Of a stretch of 64,000 nucleotides of DNA, positions 39,262 through 49,802 are shown one piece after another. Made by a program: the position numbers and the translations under genes. The stretch is taken from assembly GCA_022340305.1 (NCBI GenBank), contig JAJDOF010000026.1, positions 17,627 to 81,626 on the forward strand, in the 5' to 3' direction. The DNA comes from Gammaproteobacteria bacterium. GTDB taxonomy: Bacteria > Pseudomonadota > Gammaproteobacteria > GCA-001735895. Each line of letters starts with the position of its first letter. Within the stretch, counting starts at the first letter, position 1. The notes below the pieces were generated by a model, which was given only the letters and a program-made list of their open reading frames with translations, made no database searches and was not told the origin of the DNA.

Positions 39262-41847
39262 ATGCGTATGGATCGCCTGACCAGTAAGTTCCAGGAAGCC
39301 CTGTCTGACGCGCAGTCGTTAGCGGTAGGTCGTGATCACCAGTTCATAGAACCGGTGCACCTGTTGGTCGCGCTGCTCGATCAGCAGGGTGGCTCGGTGC
39401 GGCCGTTGTTTACGCACGCCGGGGTTAATATCAACTTGCTGCGTTCACAGCTTGGCGAGCAACTCGATAAGTTGCCCAGCGTCGAAGGCACCGCGGGCGA
39501 GTTGCACATCTCCAACGCGCTCGGCAAGGTGTTGAACGTCACCGATAAACTCGCGCAGGAACGCAAAGACCAGTTTATTTCCAGTGAATTGTTCGTGCTC
39601 GCGGTGATGCAGGAAAAAGGCTCGCTTGCCGACGCCCTGGCCGCGGCCGGAGCCAACAAGCAAAACATAAACGCGGCAGTTGATGCAGTGCGCGGGGGCC
39701 AGTCGGTGAACGATGCCGGTGCGGAAGATCAACGCATGGCACTGGATAAATACACCGTCGATCTGACCGAGCGTGCCGAGCAGGGCAAACTGGACCCGGT
39801 CATAGGTCGTGACGAGGAAATTCGCCGCGCGATCCAGGTATTGCAGCGGCGTACCAAGAACAATCCGGTATTGATCGGTGAACCCGGTGTCGGCAAGACC
39901 GCGATTGTCGAAGGTCTGGCGCAGCGCATCATCAATGGCGAAGTCCCGGAAGGCCTGAAGAATAAACGCGTGCTGTCGCTGGACATGGGCACGTTGATCG
40001 CAGGCGCCAAGTTTCGTGGTGAATTTGAAGAGCGGTTGAAAGCGGTGCTGCACGATCTGGACAAGCAGGAAGGCCGGATAATCCTGTTTATCGATGAGCT
40101 GCACACCATGGTTGGCGCCGGCAAGGCCGAGGGTGCGATGGATGCCGGCAACATGCTGAAGCCAGCGTTGTCGCGAGGCGAGCTACACTGTATTGGTGCT
40201 ACCACGCTGGACGAGTATCGTCAGTACATCGAGAAAGATGCGGCGCTTGAGCGGCGCTTTCAAAAAGTATTGGTGCAGGAGCCGAGCGTCGAAGACACGA
40301 TTGCGATCCTGCGCGGTCTGAAAGAGCGCTATGAAGTCCACCACGGGGTCGATATCACCGATCCGGCGATCGTTGCCGCGGCAACCCTGTCCCATCGCTA
40401 CATCGCCGATCGCCAGCTGCCGGATAAGGCGATCGATCTGATCGACGAATCGGCCAGTCGCATTCGTATGCAGATCGATTCCAAGCCGGAAGACATGGAT
40501 CGCCTCGAGCGGCGCCTGATCCAGCTCAAGATCGAACGTGAAGCCCTGAAGAAAGAGAGTGATGCGGCCAGCAAGAAGCGGCTGCAGGCGCTGCAGGATG
40601 AAGTCGACAAGCTCGAGCGTGAATACTCGGACCTGGAAGAAGTATGGAAAGCGGAAAAGGCGGCCTTGCAGGGCACTACGCACATCAAGGAAGAGCTGGA
40701 GCGAGCCCGCCTTGATTTCGAAACCGCACAACGCGCCGGCGACCTGGCGCGAATGTCGGAACTCCAGTATGGGCGTATTCCTGAACTGGAAAAGCAGATC
40801 GAGCTCGCGGCCAGTGTCGAAGGCGAAATGAAGCTGCTGATCAACAAGGTTGGCGAAGAAGAGATCGCCTCGGTGGTATCGCGCTGGACGGGTATACCGG
40901 TTGACAAGATGCTCGGCTCGGAGCGCGAAAAGTTGCTGCAAATGGAGACCCAGCTCGGCGAGCGAGTGGTTGGCCAGGGCGAGGCGGTAAAGGCCGTTTC
41001 CGATGCAATTCGGCGCTCGCGCGCCGGCCTGTCCGATCCGTCGCGCCCGAATGGATCATTCCTGTTCCTCGGCCCTACCGGGGTCGGCAAAACCGAGCTG
41101 ACCAAGGCCTTGACGCATTTTCTGTTTGACACGGAAGATGCGATGGTTCGCATCGACATGTCGGAATTCATGGAAAAGCACAGCGTGGCACGCCTGATCG
41201 GTGCGCCCCCGGGTTACGTGGGCTACGAGCAAGGCGGTTACCTCACCGAGGCGGTACGGCGTCGACCTTACTCCGTCATCCTGCTGGATGAGATCGAAAA
41301 AGCGCACCCGGATGTGTTCAACATATTGTTGCAGGTGCTGGACGATGGCCGGTTGACCGATGGCCAGGGGCGTACCGTCGATTTTCGCAACTGTGTCATC
41401 GTGATGACATCCAACCTGGGCTCTGCAGAAATTCAGAGCATGGCTGGTGACCAGAATTATGATGAGATCAAGCGCGCTGTCATGGAGCAGGTATCACATC
41501 ACTTTCGCCCGGAATTCATCAACCGTATCGATGAAACAGTTGTCTTCCATCCGTTGACACAGGTTCAGATTCGCGCGATTGCAAAAATTCAGTTGCAGGG
41601 ATTGAGCGATCGATTGAAAGATCGTGACATGGCGATTTCGTTCAGTGAGTCAGCGATGGATACTCTCGGGGAACTCGGGTTTGATCCGGTCTATGGCGCT
41701 CGTCCACTGAAACGCGAGATCCAGCAGGCTATCGAAAATCCGATTGCGATGTCAATTCTTGCGGGTGAATTTGAACCCGGTGACCGCATCGCTGTCGACC
41801 TTGACGATAGCGGGCAGTTTAGTTTCGCCAAACAACGGCTGCATTGA
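39262..41847 (+). CDS. clpB: Protein disaggregase ClpB
   Basis: An 861-aa protein with two AAA+ modules ([27 protein letters not shown]) and a coiled-coil middle domain. Confidence 0.95.
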   Translation: MRMDRLTSKFQEALSDAQSLAVGRDHQFIEPVHLLVALLDQQGGSVRPLFTHAGVNINLLRSQLGEQLDKLPSVEGTAGELHISNALGKVLNVTDKLAQERKDQFISSELFVLAVMQEKGSLADALAAAGANKQNINAAVDAVRGGQSVNDAGAEDQRMALDKYTVDLTERAEQGKLDPVIGRDEEIRRAIQVLQRRTKNNPVLIGEPGVGKTAIVEGLAQRIINGEVPEGLKNKRVLSLDMGTLIAGAKFRGEFEERLKAVLHDLDKQEGRIILFIDELHTMVGAGKAEGAMDAGNMLKPALSRGELHCIGATTLDEYRQYIEKDAALERRFQKVLVQEPSVEDTIAILRGLKERYEVHHGVDITDPAIVAAATLSHRYIADRQLPDKAIDLIDESASRIRMQIDSKPEDMDRLERRLIQLKIEREALKKESDAASKKRLQALQDEVDKLEREYSDLEEVWKAEKAALQGTTHIKEELERARLDFETAQRAGDLARMSELQYGRIPELEKQIELAASVEGEMKLLINKVGEEEIASVVSRWTGIPVDKMLGSEREKLLQMETQLGERVVGQGEAVKAVSDAIRRSRAGLSDPSRPNGSFLFLGPTGVGKTELTKALTHFLFDTEDAMVRIDMSEFMEKHSVARLIGAPPGYVGYEQGGYLTEAVRRRPYSVILLDEIEKAHPDVFNILLQVLDDGRLTDGQGRTVDFRNCVIVMTSNLGSAEIQSMAGDQNYDEIKRAVMEQVSHHFRPEFINRIDETVVFHPLTQVQIRAIAKIQLQGLSDRLKDRDMAISFSESAMDTLGELGFDPVYGARPLKREIQQAIENPIAMSILAGEFEPGDRIAVDLDDSGQFSFAKQRLH

Positions 41848-41860
41848 GACCTGGTAAACA

Positions 41861-41887
41861 TAAATAGGCCGTTGTGTGGCTTATTTT
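41861..41887 (+). terminator. Rho-independent terminator of clpB
   Basis: AAATAGGCC-gttgtgt-GGCTTATTT (one G-U pair) followed by TTT. Confidence 0.6.
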
Positions 41888-41956
41888 CGGCGTTTTACCG
41901 CTATAATCATAAAGCAAAATTGATTGTTATCCGGGCGGGAGCGAGACAGCAGGAAT

Positions 41957-44359
41957 ATGGCAGTATTTGGCGCACTTTTTTTCAAGCGAACCTTGAAGCA
42001 GTTTCTTGATTGTAACGATCTGGAAAGTGCCAGGGGCGTTGCCTTGATCGAAAAGTTGCGCCAGTCCGCCGGCGAATCCCTCGAGCCTTTGATTGCAGCG
42101 ATTTCGAGCACCCGCGGTTTGCATCGTGCCATGCTGACCGAAATCTGTCTCGAACATGTCGATGGCCGCACAGAGGATCTCTTTTTGAAGGGCCTCGATA
42201 GCGATACCACCGAGATTCGTGCCGCCACGGCATCGGTCCTGTCGCAAAGTTCGCAGATCAATCCGACGCGGCTGTTCAAGAAATTGCACGAACCGGATGC
42301 GGCCCGGGCAGAAATTATCGATATTCTCGAATTCCAGGCCGCGCAGATCAAGCCCGAACAAATCGTTAGCAATGCGCTCAAGCTCGGCCGAGCCGATGCC
42401 GAGCAGCTGCTCAAACTTGTCGGTAAATCGGAGCAACCGCTCGACCTCGACGTATTGCATATTGATCCGGCATCCATTGACAACCCCTCGATCAAGATCA
42501 TGCTGCTGCGTTACCTCGGCGAGGTGGAACAATCGCGGGTAGCGGAATTGATCGCACGGTTTTTGAGTGACAGCAATAAAACCGTAGTCATCGAAGCTTT
42601 AAAGTCGCTCAGGGGCCTCAAGGTCAATTTTGATGCGTCGATATTACTGCCCTTTTACGATTCGATGACCGACGTTGTCCGCCAGCTTGCACTGGAGATT
42701 ATCGAAGCCCGCGCCGATGCTGAAATGGTACCGAATCTGGCACCATTAACCTGTAGTAAGTCGGATGAAATGCGGGAAACTTTTATCAAGTTGTTTTCCC
42801 GGCACGTCACTACCGAGGGTTTGGAACAGTTTTTAAAGTTACTGGATCGTCAGGAATGGTGGGGCAAGGAACAAGCTTTGAAAGGCTTGCTGAAGTTCGG
42901 TAACGAAAGGCTGTTTAGCGCTGCCCAGGGGCTGAGCAGTCATGAAAACGAATTTATTCGTGAACAGGCACAGCGTCTGGCCGCCAATGCCAGCGATCCT
43001 GGCGACGTCGAGCAGTTGTGGGCCAGCGCGATGCATGAAAACTGGCAGGTTCGCGATAACGCCATCGAGGCGATCGGCAAATCGGGCAACCGTGAGTCCA
43101 TGACCGTACTCAAGAAAGTAATCGACAAGTGGCCTGAGTCCTCAATTGCAGTATTGCAGGCGGTGACTGAGCTGGGACACGCCAAGGGTCTGGAGATTGC
43201 CTTTGCCTGTCTGCGCATGCCGGAAGCGCTGGTGCAGCGCGAAGCGCTGGAATCCATCGGCAAGCTGGCCAACAAGCGCCATGCCAGGGCGGCGCGCGAT
43301 AAGTTGATGCAAATGGTGCCCTCGCTGCAAGCCACCGTGCGTGATACCGCTGGCGAAGTCGTTTCACACCTGACCCGGCAATATAAATTGCCCGCGCTAA
43401 ATGTCGACCAGGATACCTATTTCGATACCCGTCTGATCAAGTTTGATGATACGGGTGGGTTCGAAAGAGGCACCACGCAATCCCAGTCCGTGGCGGCGGG
43501 GAAGCCACAGTATCAAAATATCGAGGAGTTCAAAAAGGGCGACCTGTGGCTGGGTCGCTATCGAATTGACCGCGAAATTGGCCGTGGTGCAATGGGTCGA
43601 GTGATGCTGGCCACCGACGAAATGGTGGGTGAAAATCTGATATTGAAATTCATGCATCCGGAACTGACCGCGGAGGAAGCTTCGCGCGAACGGTTCCTGC
43701 GCGAAGTGCGCTATTCTCGCAAAGTCAGCCATCCCAACGTGATTCGAGTTCACGACATGCTCTTCGAGGATAATCTGAGCGCGATTTCGATGGAGTTTTT
43801 CGAGAGTCGCGGCGTCGACGAAGTCCTCAAGGAGAAGAGGTATTTTGAGGCCGAGGAAGGCCTCAAAATACTTTTTCAGATGGCCAATGGCGTGGGTGCG
43901 GCGCATGATCAGAAAGTCATCCATCGCGATCTGAAGCCGAGTAATGTCCTGATGAACAACAAGGGCCTGGTCAAAATCGTCGACTTTGGTATCGCCTCGG
44001 CGGAATCCAAGTCGGATGCCACCTTGACCCAGCTAGGCTCGATTATCGGCACCCCGGCTTACCTGTCGCCCGAGCGTGCACGCGGCATGGAGGCCGATCA
44101 TCGCAGCGATATTTATGCGCTCGGGGTGATTGCCTATTGTATGTTTACCGGTAAGTTGCCTTATGTCGGTGAGCCCATGTCGCTGTTGTTTCAGCACATC
44201 GAAGGCAAGGCGAAAGCGATGCATGAAATCCGCGATACGATAAATCCGCGCATCAGCCTGTTAGTGCAGAAATTGATGGCAGTGGACCTGGATGACCGCT
44301 TGCAGTCCATGGATGAAGTGGCCGAAGCGATTCGCGAAGTACAAAAAAAACTAGGCTAA
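41957..44359 (+). CDS. HEAT-repeat protein with C-terminal Hanks-type Ser/Thr protein kinase domain
   Basis: I chose the ATG at 41957 (MAVFGALFF, preceded by AGGAA). About 520 aa are helical HEAT/PBS-lyase-like repeats. The kinase motifs follow: GRGAMGRV, LILKFM, HRDLKPSNVLM, DFGIA and GTPAYLSPE. Confidence 0.8.
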   Translation: MAVFGALFFKRTLKQFLDCNDLESARGVALIEKLRQSAGESLEPLIAAISSTRGLHRAMLTEICLEHVDGRTEDLFLKGLDSDTTEIRAATASVLSQSSQINPTRLFKKLHEPDAARAEIIDILEFQAAQIKPEQIVSNALKLGRADAEQLLKLVGKSEQPLDLDVLHIDPASIDNPSIKIMLLRYLGEVEQSRVAELIARFLSDSNKTVVIEALKSLRGLKVNFDASILLPFYDSMTDVVRQLALEIIEARADAEMVPNLAPLTCSKSDEMRETFIKLFSRHVTTEGLEQFLKLLDRQEWWGKEQALKGLLKFGNERLFSAAQGLSSHENEFIREQAQRLAANASDPGDVEQLWASAMHENWQVRDNAIEAIGKSGNRESMTVLKKVIDKWPESSIAVLQAVTELGHAKGLEIAFACLRMPEALVQREALESIGKLANKRHARAARDKLMQMVPSLQATVRDTAGEVVSHLTRQYKLPALNVDQDTYFDTRLIKFDDTGGFERGTTQSQSVAAGKPQYQNIEEFKKGDLWLGRYRIDREIGRGAMGRVMLATDEMVGENLILKFMHPELTAEEASRERFLREVRYSRKVSHPNVIRVHDMLFEDNLSAISMEFFESRGVDEVLKEKRYFEAEEGLKILFQMANGVGAAHDQKVIHRDLKPSNVLMNNKGLVKIVDFGIASAESKSDATLTQLGSIIGTPAYLSPERARGMEADHRSDIYALGVIAYCMFTGKLPYVGEPMSLLFQHIEGKAKAMHEIRDTINPRISLLVQKLMAVDLDDRLQSMDEVAEAIREVQKKLG

Positions 44360-44377
44360 CCAACAGGCAGAAAACAC

Positions 44378-44692
44378 ATGTCGATGCAGACAACAATTGA
44401 ACAAAAACTCAGCGATGAATTTGCAGTCGACTACTTGCAGGTCGAAAACGAAAGCCACCTGCATAGTGTCGCCCCCGGTGCGGAATCCCACTTCAAGGTC
44501 ACTATCGTCAGCAACGCGTTCGACGAGCAGATGTTGATCAAGCGTCACCGCAAGGTGAATCAGGTCCTGCAGCAGGAGATGAAGCAAATACACGCACTCG
44601 CCCTGCACACCCTCACGCCGCAGGAATGGCAGGCACGTAACGGTCAGGTAGCGGCTTCACCGGCATGTCGGGGTGGTGGTAAAAACCAGTGA
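44378..44692 (+). CDS. bolA: BolA family protein
   Basis: VENESHLHSVAPGAESHFKVTIVSNAF...RHRKVNQVL...IHALALHTLTPQEW matches E. coli BolA closely. Confidence 0.85.
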   Translation: MSMQTTIEQKLSDEFAVDYLQVENESHLHSVAPGAESHFKVTIVSNAFDEQMLIKRHRKVNQVLQQEMKQIHALALHTLTPQEWQARNGQVAASPACRGGGKNQ

Positions 44693-44701
44693 AGCGATTA
44701 G

Positions 44702-45481
44702 CTAAATCAATCCTCCTCCGACCGGATTGGTGTTATAAATCACGGATAGGATCGGCATAAAATCAATCCCCAGCTGGGTGGAAAGCTCAAGCGCTGCCTG
44801 CAGGTTGGAAGTCATGTCTCTTGCAGCCGTTTTGCCGCGAACGCCGAAAACGATCTTGTTCTCCAGTCCACTAACCGGCAGGCACAGGGTTTGCTGTTGA
44901 AATTGCCGGCGCACCGCAAGATTGAACAGCCTGAAATCATGATCGCTGTCGATGAGCAGATTGAGTGCCAGGGCGCCGTTATCGTTGAGCAGGTCATGAA
45001 GTTGCTGGATGCTCGTTTTTTCGAGCAACCAGGGTGGTGACTGGACACCGTTGAAGACGTCGACGAGCACCAGATCGAAATTGGCTTCGCTACGCTTGAT
45101 AATCTGCTGTGCGTCGTCGCAGATATAGGTAAGCCGGTCATCGGCAGGTGGCAGAATATCGAGCTTCAGTAGTTGTTCGATCAGCTGGTTGTCGATATCG
45201 ACAGCGGTAATGTCAGCTTGCGGGTAGTGATAGCGCAGGAAGTGCAGCAACGAGCCGGCGGCTGTTCCCAGCATCAGAATGCGTCGCGGTGCGGCCATGA
45301 ACAGCAGTACCGACATCAGGTACTCGAGGTTTCTGAGCTCGAGGTGGTGGGGTTTTTCGAGGTTGATGACGCTCTGCAGCGATTTGTCATGACTGCGCAA
45401 TTCCAGCCGCCCCTGTCGATAGACAAGGTGAATAGAGTTAAAAGTTGTTTCGATCTTGAAATTTTTCGTGCTGTCGTCCAT
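44702..45481 (-). CDS. Spermidine-synthase-like (PABS fold) methyltransferase-family protein
   Basis: ILMLGTAAGSLLHFL...ITAVDID...LVLVDVF pattern. Confidence 0.6.
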   Translation of the reverse strand: MDDSTKNFKIETTFNSIHLVYRQGRLELRSHDKSLQSVINLEKPHHLELRNLEYLMSVLLFMAAPRRILMLGTAAGSLLHFLRYHYPQADITAVDIDNQLIEQLLKLDILPPADDRLTYICDDAQQIIKRSEANFDLVLVDVFNGVQSPPWLLEKTSIQQLHDLLNDNGALALNLLIDSDHDFRLFNLAVRRQFQQQTLCLPVSGLENKIVFGVRGKTAARDMTSNLQAALELSTQLGIDFMPILSVIYNTNPVGGGLI

Positions 45482-45521
45482 ATACCTAGCTTATAGCATT
45501 TCTTTCTGGCTGGAGGTTTCA

Positions 45522-46271
45522 ATGCAATTTAGCAAGCCTTTATTGATTACCAAACTGAAAGCTACAGCAGTGCACCTGTCGATGAGTATCGCGGTGTTCA
45601 TATACCTGGCTTACCAGATTTACTACAACTGGTATCCCGAACCCTATTTTACTGTCGATGGAGGTTGGCAGGGCATCCGCCTGGTGGGCGCGGTGGACCT
45701 GGTGCTGGGTCCGTTCATCACCTTCCTGATCTTTGATCTGAACAAAAGCCGCAGGGCGATTCTGTTCGATTTGGTTACCATCGCTGTCATCCAGATTGCC
45801 GTATTGACCTATGGTATTTATTTGACCTACAGCCAGCGCCCTGTGGCCGTTGTGGTGATGGATCAATTCGTGTTATCGGCGACCATGGAACAGTATGGTG
45901 GTAAGCTGGGGTCGGCGGACGATCTGCAACGCTTTAGCGACGAAAAGCCGCCGATAATATATTCAGATTTCCCATTGGACCGTGAGGGCATTGACGAGGT
46001 CCAGCGAATCAAAATCGAAGACAAGGTGCTCGAGCTTGCGCAGCTGCAACTTTACCGGTCCCGGTCGGAACTGGCGGTAGCGCTGCAAGAGCGTCAGCAG
46101 GCGGCCCGGGAGCTGCTCGAACGAGATGGCCCGAGTCCAGCCTTTGTCGATTGGTTGCAGCAAAATGGAAAAACAGCGGACGAAGTGTTGATTCTGCGTT
46201 TCGAGGGTCGTTACGGCCAGGCCTGGCTGGTTTTCGATTTTGCGGGTCGTTTGCTCGGGTATTTCTTATAA
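45522..46271 (+). CDS. Membrane protein of unknown function (possibly type IV pilin accessory FimB-like)
   Basis: I chose the ATG at 45522, preceded by GGAGG. It has 3-4 TM helices in the N-terminal half. The family assignment is from weak memory only. Confidence 0.4.
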   Translation: MQFSKPLLITKLKATAVHLSMSIAVFIYLAYQIYYNWYPEPYFTVDGGWQGIRLVGAVDLVLGPFITFLIFDLNKSRRAILFDLVTIAVIQIAVLTYGIYLTYSQRPVAVVVMDQFVLSATMEQYGGKLGSADDLQRFSDEKPPIIYSDFPLDREGIDEVQRIKIEDKVLELAQLQLYRSRSELAVALQERQQAARELLERDGPSPAFVDWLQQNGKTADEVLILRFEGRYGQAWLVFDFAGRLLGYFL

Positions 46272-46416
46272 AGACCGTGATGCAGTGGAAGTAATGTTCT
46301 CGCGCAGGTGCGGGGTTGTTGGAAAATAGGCGATACTATTATAAAATCCTGTGCCTTTTCGGGTATGTCGGAGTCCTGCTAGCGCGGACGCTCAGGCGAA
46401 ATTAACGGAGACAAAC

Positions 46417-46746
46417 ATGCCAATTTACGAGTACGTATGCAAGGACTGTGGGCACGCCCTCGAGGCGCTGCAAAAGATCAGTGATGCGCCGCTGCTGGTT
46501 TGTCCTGCCTGCGAAAAAGAAACCTTGAGGAAGAAGATTTCGGCGCCTGGTTTCCGCTTGAGCGGTTCTGGATGGTATGAGACCGATTTCAAATCGCAGA
46601 ATCAAAAGAATCTTGCCAAGGGGGATAGCGCCGATAGCGGTAGCTCCAGCAAGTCGGATAAGCCTGTGAGCGGCGGATCCAGCAAGTCGGACAAGCCTGC
46701 GAGCGGTGGGTCCACCAAATCCGGCGGCAAAGAGGCCGCCGCCTGA
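46417..46746 (+). CDS. FmdB-family zinc-ribbon protein with repetitive Ser/Lys-rich tail
   Basis: I chose the ATG at 46417. MPIYEYVCKDCGH...VCPACEKETLRKKISAP is the FmdB/CxxC-CxxC signature. Confidence 0.8.
   Translation: MPIYEYVCKDCGHALEALQKISDAPLLVCPACEKETLRKKISAPGFRLSGSGWYETDFKSQNQKNLAKGDSADSGSSSKSDKPVSGGSSKSDKPASGGSTKSGGKEAAA
46648..46713 (+). repeat. 33-nt tandem duplication in the FmdB-family tail
   Basis: 46648-46680 and 46681-46713 differ at 4 of 33 positions. They encode SKSDKPVSGGS and SKSDKPASGGS. Confidence 0.9.
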
Positions 46747-46802
46747 CGTCGGTCCGGCTTCTCGTCGGACCTTAGCAAACAACTCTATTCGGATCAGTCG
46801 CT

Positions 46803-48581
46803 ATGCGGACGCATTATTGTGGTGAACTCAATCGGCAGCAAGTCGATCAACAGGTTAGTGTGTGCGGTTGGGTTAATCGTCGGCGCGACCACGGCGGCGT
46901 AATCTTTGTCGATTTGCGCGACAAGAAAGGATTATTGCAGGTAGTTTTCGATCCCGATGATGCGGCCATGTTTGGCGCGGCAGAAACCCTGCGTAATGAA
47001 TACGTAATCCAGGTGGAAGGTCGTCTGCGAGTGCGCCCCGAGGGCACCGAAAACTCGGAAATGGGCACCGGCGAGGTAGAGTTGCTGGCGCAAAAGCTGC
47101 AGATACTCAATGCTTCGGAAACCCCACCATTCCAGCTCGACGACGAAGATGTACACGACGATAACCGCCTGAAGTATCGCTATATCGACCTGCGCAAACC
47201 GGAAATGCAGTACCGCATGCAGTTGCGCGCGCGTGTCACCCACTATTTACGTAGCTGGCTGGAAAGCCATGAATTTCTCGATATCGAAACGCCGATGCTG
47301 ACCCGTGCCACGCCGGAGGGTGCACGTGACTACCTGGTGCCGAGCCGCACTCATCCGGGTGAGTTTTTCGCCTTGCCGCAGTCACCACAGCTGTTCAAGC
47401 AATTGCTGATGATGTCGGGGATGGACCGCTATTACCAGATCGTGCGCTGTTTTCGCGACGAGGATTTGCGTGCCGATCGCCAGCCCGAGTTCACCCAGCT
47501 CGATATCGAAACTTCGTTTATGAACGAGGAGGCGATCATGGAGATGATGGAGGCGATGATGCGCGGCCTGTTCAGCGAGGTATTGGCGGCCGATGTCGAC
47601 GCCGCGTTCCCGCGCATGAGCTGGGCGGAGGCGATGGAGCGGTTTGGCTCGGACAAGCCCGATCTGCGCATCAAGCTGGAGTTGCAAACCATCTCCGATG
47701 TGCTCGAAGATGTTGAATTCAAGGTTTTTTCCGGCCCTGCGCGCGATCCTGACGGCCGGGTTGCGGCGCTGCGCCTTCCCGGTGGCAATACGTTGACGCG
47801 TAAGGAAATAGACGACTACACCGCATATGTCGGGCTTTACGGAGCGCGCGGTCTCGCTTACATCAAGTGCAACGACGTCGCCCTGGGACGTGACGGCCTG
47901 CAGTCACCGATATTGAAATTTTTGCCGGACGAGGCCATCGCTACCATTGTTGAGCGCACTGCTGCTGAAAATGGCGACCTGATTTTCTTTGGCGCCGACA
48001 AGACCCGGGTGGTCAACGAGTCGCTGGGCGCATTGCGTATCAAGCTCGGGCACGACCGCGGCCTGGTGGAGGAGGGTTGGCGATTCCTGTGGGTAGTCGA
48101 CTTTCCGATGTTTGAGCACGACGAACGTGAAAATCGCTGGAATGCCCTGCATCACCCGTTTACCGCACCGGCAACCGAGAATCCCGAAGCGCTTGAGGCC
48201 GACCCCGGCAACATGTTGTCACGCGCCTATGACATGGTGTTGAACGGTACTGAACTGGGTGGCGGCTCGGTGCGTATCCACAAGATAGAGATGCAGCAGC
48301 GTGTTTTCAGCCTGCTCGGTATCGGTGAGCAGGAAGCCGAGGACAAGTTTGGCTTTTTACTGACCGCGTTGAAATATGGTTGCCCGCCCCATGGTGGCAT
48401 CGCCTTTGGTCTAGATCGCATGGTCATGCTGATGGCGGGCGCGAGTTCGATTCGTGATGTAATGGCGTTTCCGAAGACTCAGTCCGCCGCCTGCCTGTTG
48501 ACCCAGGCGCCGGCGGCGGTCAGCGAGCGCCAGTTGCGCGAACTGTCGATCCGGCTACGCAAGCCGCAGGTCGAGCAATAG
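46803..48581 (+). CDS. aspS: Aspartyl-tRNA synthetase
   Basis: [10 protein letters not shown]..., [18 protein letters not shown] and GGGSVRIH motifs. Confidence 0.95.
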   Translation: MRTHYCGELNRQQVDQQVSVCGWVNRRRDHGGVIFVDLRDKKGLLQVVFDPDDAAMFGAAETLRNEYVIQVEGRLRVRPEGTENSEMGTGEVELLAQKLQILNASETPPFQLDDEDVHDDNRLKYRYIDLRKPEMQYRMQLRARVTHYLRSWLESHEFLDIETPMLTRATPEGARDYLVPSRTHPGEFFALPQSPQLFKQLLMMSGMDRYYQIVRCFRDEDLRADRQPEFTQLDIETSFMNEEAIMEMMEAMMRGLFSEVLAADVDAAFPRMSWAEAMERFGSDKPDLRIKLELQTISDVLEDVEFKVFSGPARDPDGRVAALRLPGGNTLTRKEIDDYTAYVGLYGARGLAYIKCNDVALGRDGLQSPILKFLPDEAIATIVERTAAENGDLIFFGADKTRVVNESLGALRIKLGHDRGLVEEGWRFLWVVDFPMFEHDERENRWNALHHPFTAPATENPEALEADPGNMLSRAYDMVLNGTELGGGSVRIHKIEMQQRVFSLLGIGEQEAEDKFGFLLTALKYGCPPHGGIAFGLDRMVMLMAGASSIRDVMAFPKTQSAACLLTQAPAAVSERQLRELSIRLRKPQVEQ

Positions 48582-48671
48582 ATCCGCACCTATGGTTGCC
48601 GGGCTAATAGGTTTGGCAGTCACTGCTTCTGGTGATAGACTTTTCGATTCGTCTTACAAATACGAGTAATC

Positions 48672-49766
48672 ATGGCCGCTACAGCAATTGACCTGCAACC
48701 CTATGCATCGCTAAACGATGAGGATTGCGAAAAGCGAATCAATCGCGCCAGGCAGATACTCGGTGATCGAGTTGTTATTCTCGGCCATCATTACCAGCGC
48801 GATGAAATATTCAAACACGCCGATTTCTCCGGTGACTCGTTGAAACTGTCGCGCCAGGCGGCCGATTCAAAAGCCGAGTACATCGTTTTTTGCGGCGTAC
48901 ACTTCATGGCTGAAGTGGCTGACATCATTTCGCGCCCGGAACAGGTGGCTATCCTGCCGGATCTGTCTGCGGGTTGTGCGATGGCCGATATGGCCGATCT
49001 CGAACAGGTGCAGCGCGCCTGGCGCGAGCTGAATAGTGTCCTCGACGCGGACGCCAGCATCACCCCGGTTACCTATATCAATTCGGCGGCGAATCTCAAG
49101 GCCTTTTGCGGCGAACACGGTGGCATCGTGTGTACCTCTACCAATGCCCAGAAAATCCTCGACTGGTCTTTTGAGCGACGTGAAAAAGTCCTGTTTTTCC
49201 CGGATCAGCACCTGGGCCGAAATACCGGTTACAAGATGGGTATCCCACTCGAGGATATGGTCATCTGGGACTACGACATGCCGATGGGCGGTCTCAGCAA
49301 AGAACAGATCAACAACGCAAAAATGATCCTGTGGAAAGGATTTTGTTCGGTGCATCAGATGTTCAAGCCGGAGCAGGTCGAAAACTTCAGGCGCGAACAC
49401 CCTGATGGTTTTGTTATTTCGCATCCCGAAGCGAGTTTCGAGGTGTGCCAGATGTCGGATTTCGTTGGTTCGACCGAGTACATCATCAAAACCATAAGCG
49501 ACGCGGAACCCGGTACCCAGTGGCTGGTGGGCACCGAGTTGAATCTTGTCAACCGGTTGCATCAGACGCTCGCCGGTGAAAACAAGACCGTGCAATTCAT
49601 GTCACCGATGCTGTGTATGTGTTCGACCATGTTTCGTATCGACCCCCAGCATCTCGCCTGGGTTCTGGAAAACCTGGTCGAGGGTAATGTCGTAAACCGG
49701 ATTTCAGTTCCGCTCGAGGTCGCCAATCACGCACGCGTGGCATTACAACGAATGCTCGCAATCTAG
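48672..49766 (+). CDS. nadA: Quinolinate synthase
   Basis: VILGHHYQ..., FCGVHFMAE and SVHQMF patterns of NadA. Confidence 0.85.
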   Translation: MAATAIDLQPYASLNDEDCEKRINRARQILGDRVVILGHHYQRDEIFKHADFSGDSLKLSRQAADSKAEYIVFCGVHFMAEVADIISRPEQVAILPDLSAGCAMADMADLEQVQRAWRELNSVLDADASITPVTYINSAANLKAFCGEHGGIVCTSTNAQKILDWSFERREKVLFFPDQHLGRNTGYKMGIPLEDMVIWDYDMPMGGLSKEQINNAKMILWKGFCSVHQMFKPEQVENFRREHPDGFVISHPEASFEVCQMSDFVGSTEYIIKTISDAEPGTQWLVGTELNLVNRLHQTLAGENKTVQFMSPMLCMCSTMFRIDPQHLAWVLENLVEGNVVNRISVPLEVANHARVALQRMLAI

Positions 49767-49802
49767 CACAGGGCGGTTTGATCCCGGGACCACAAGAGAC
49801 AT

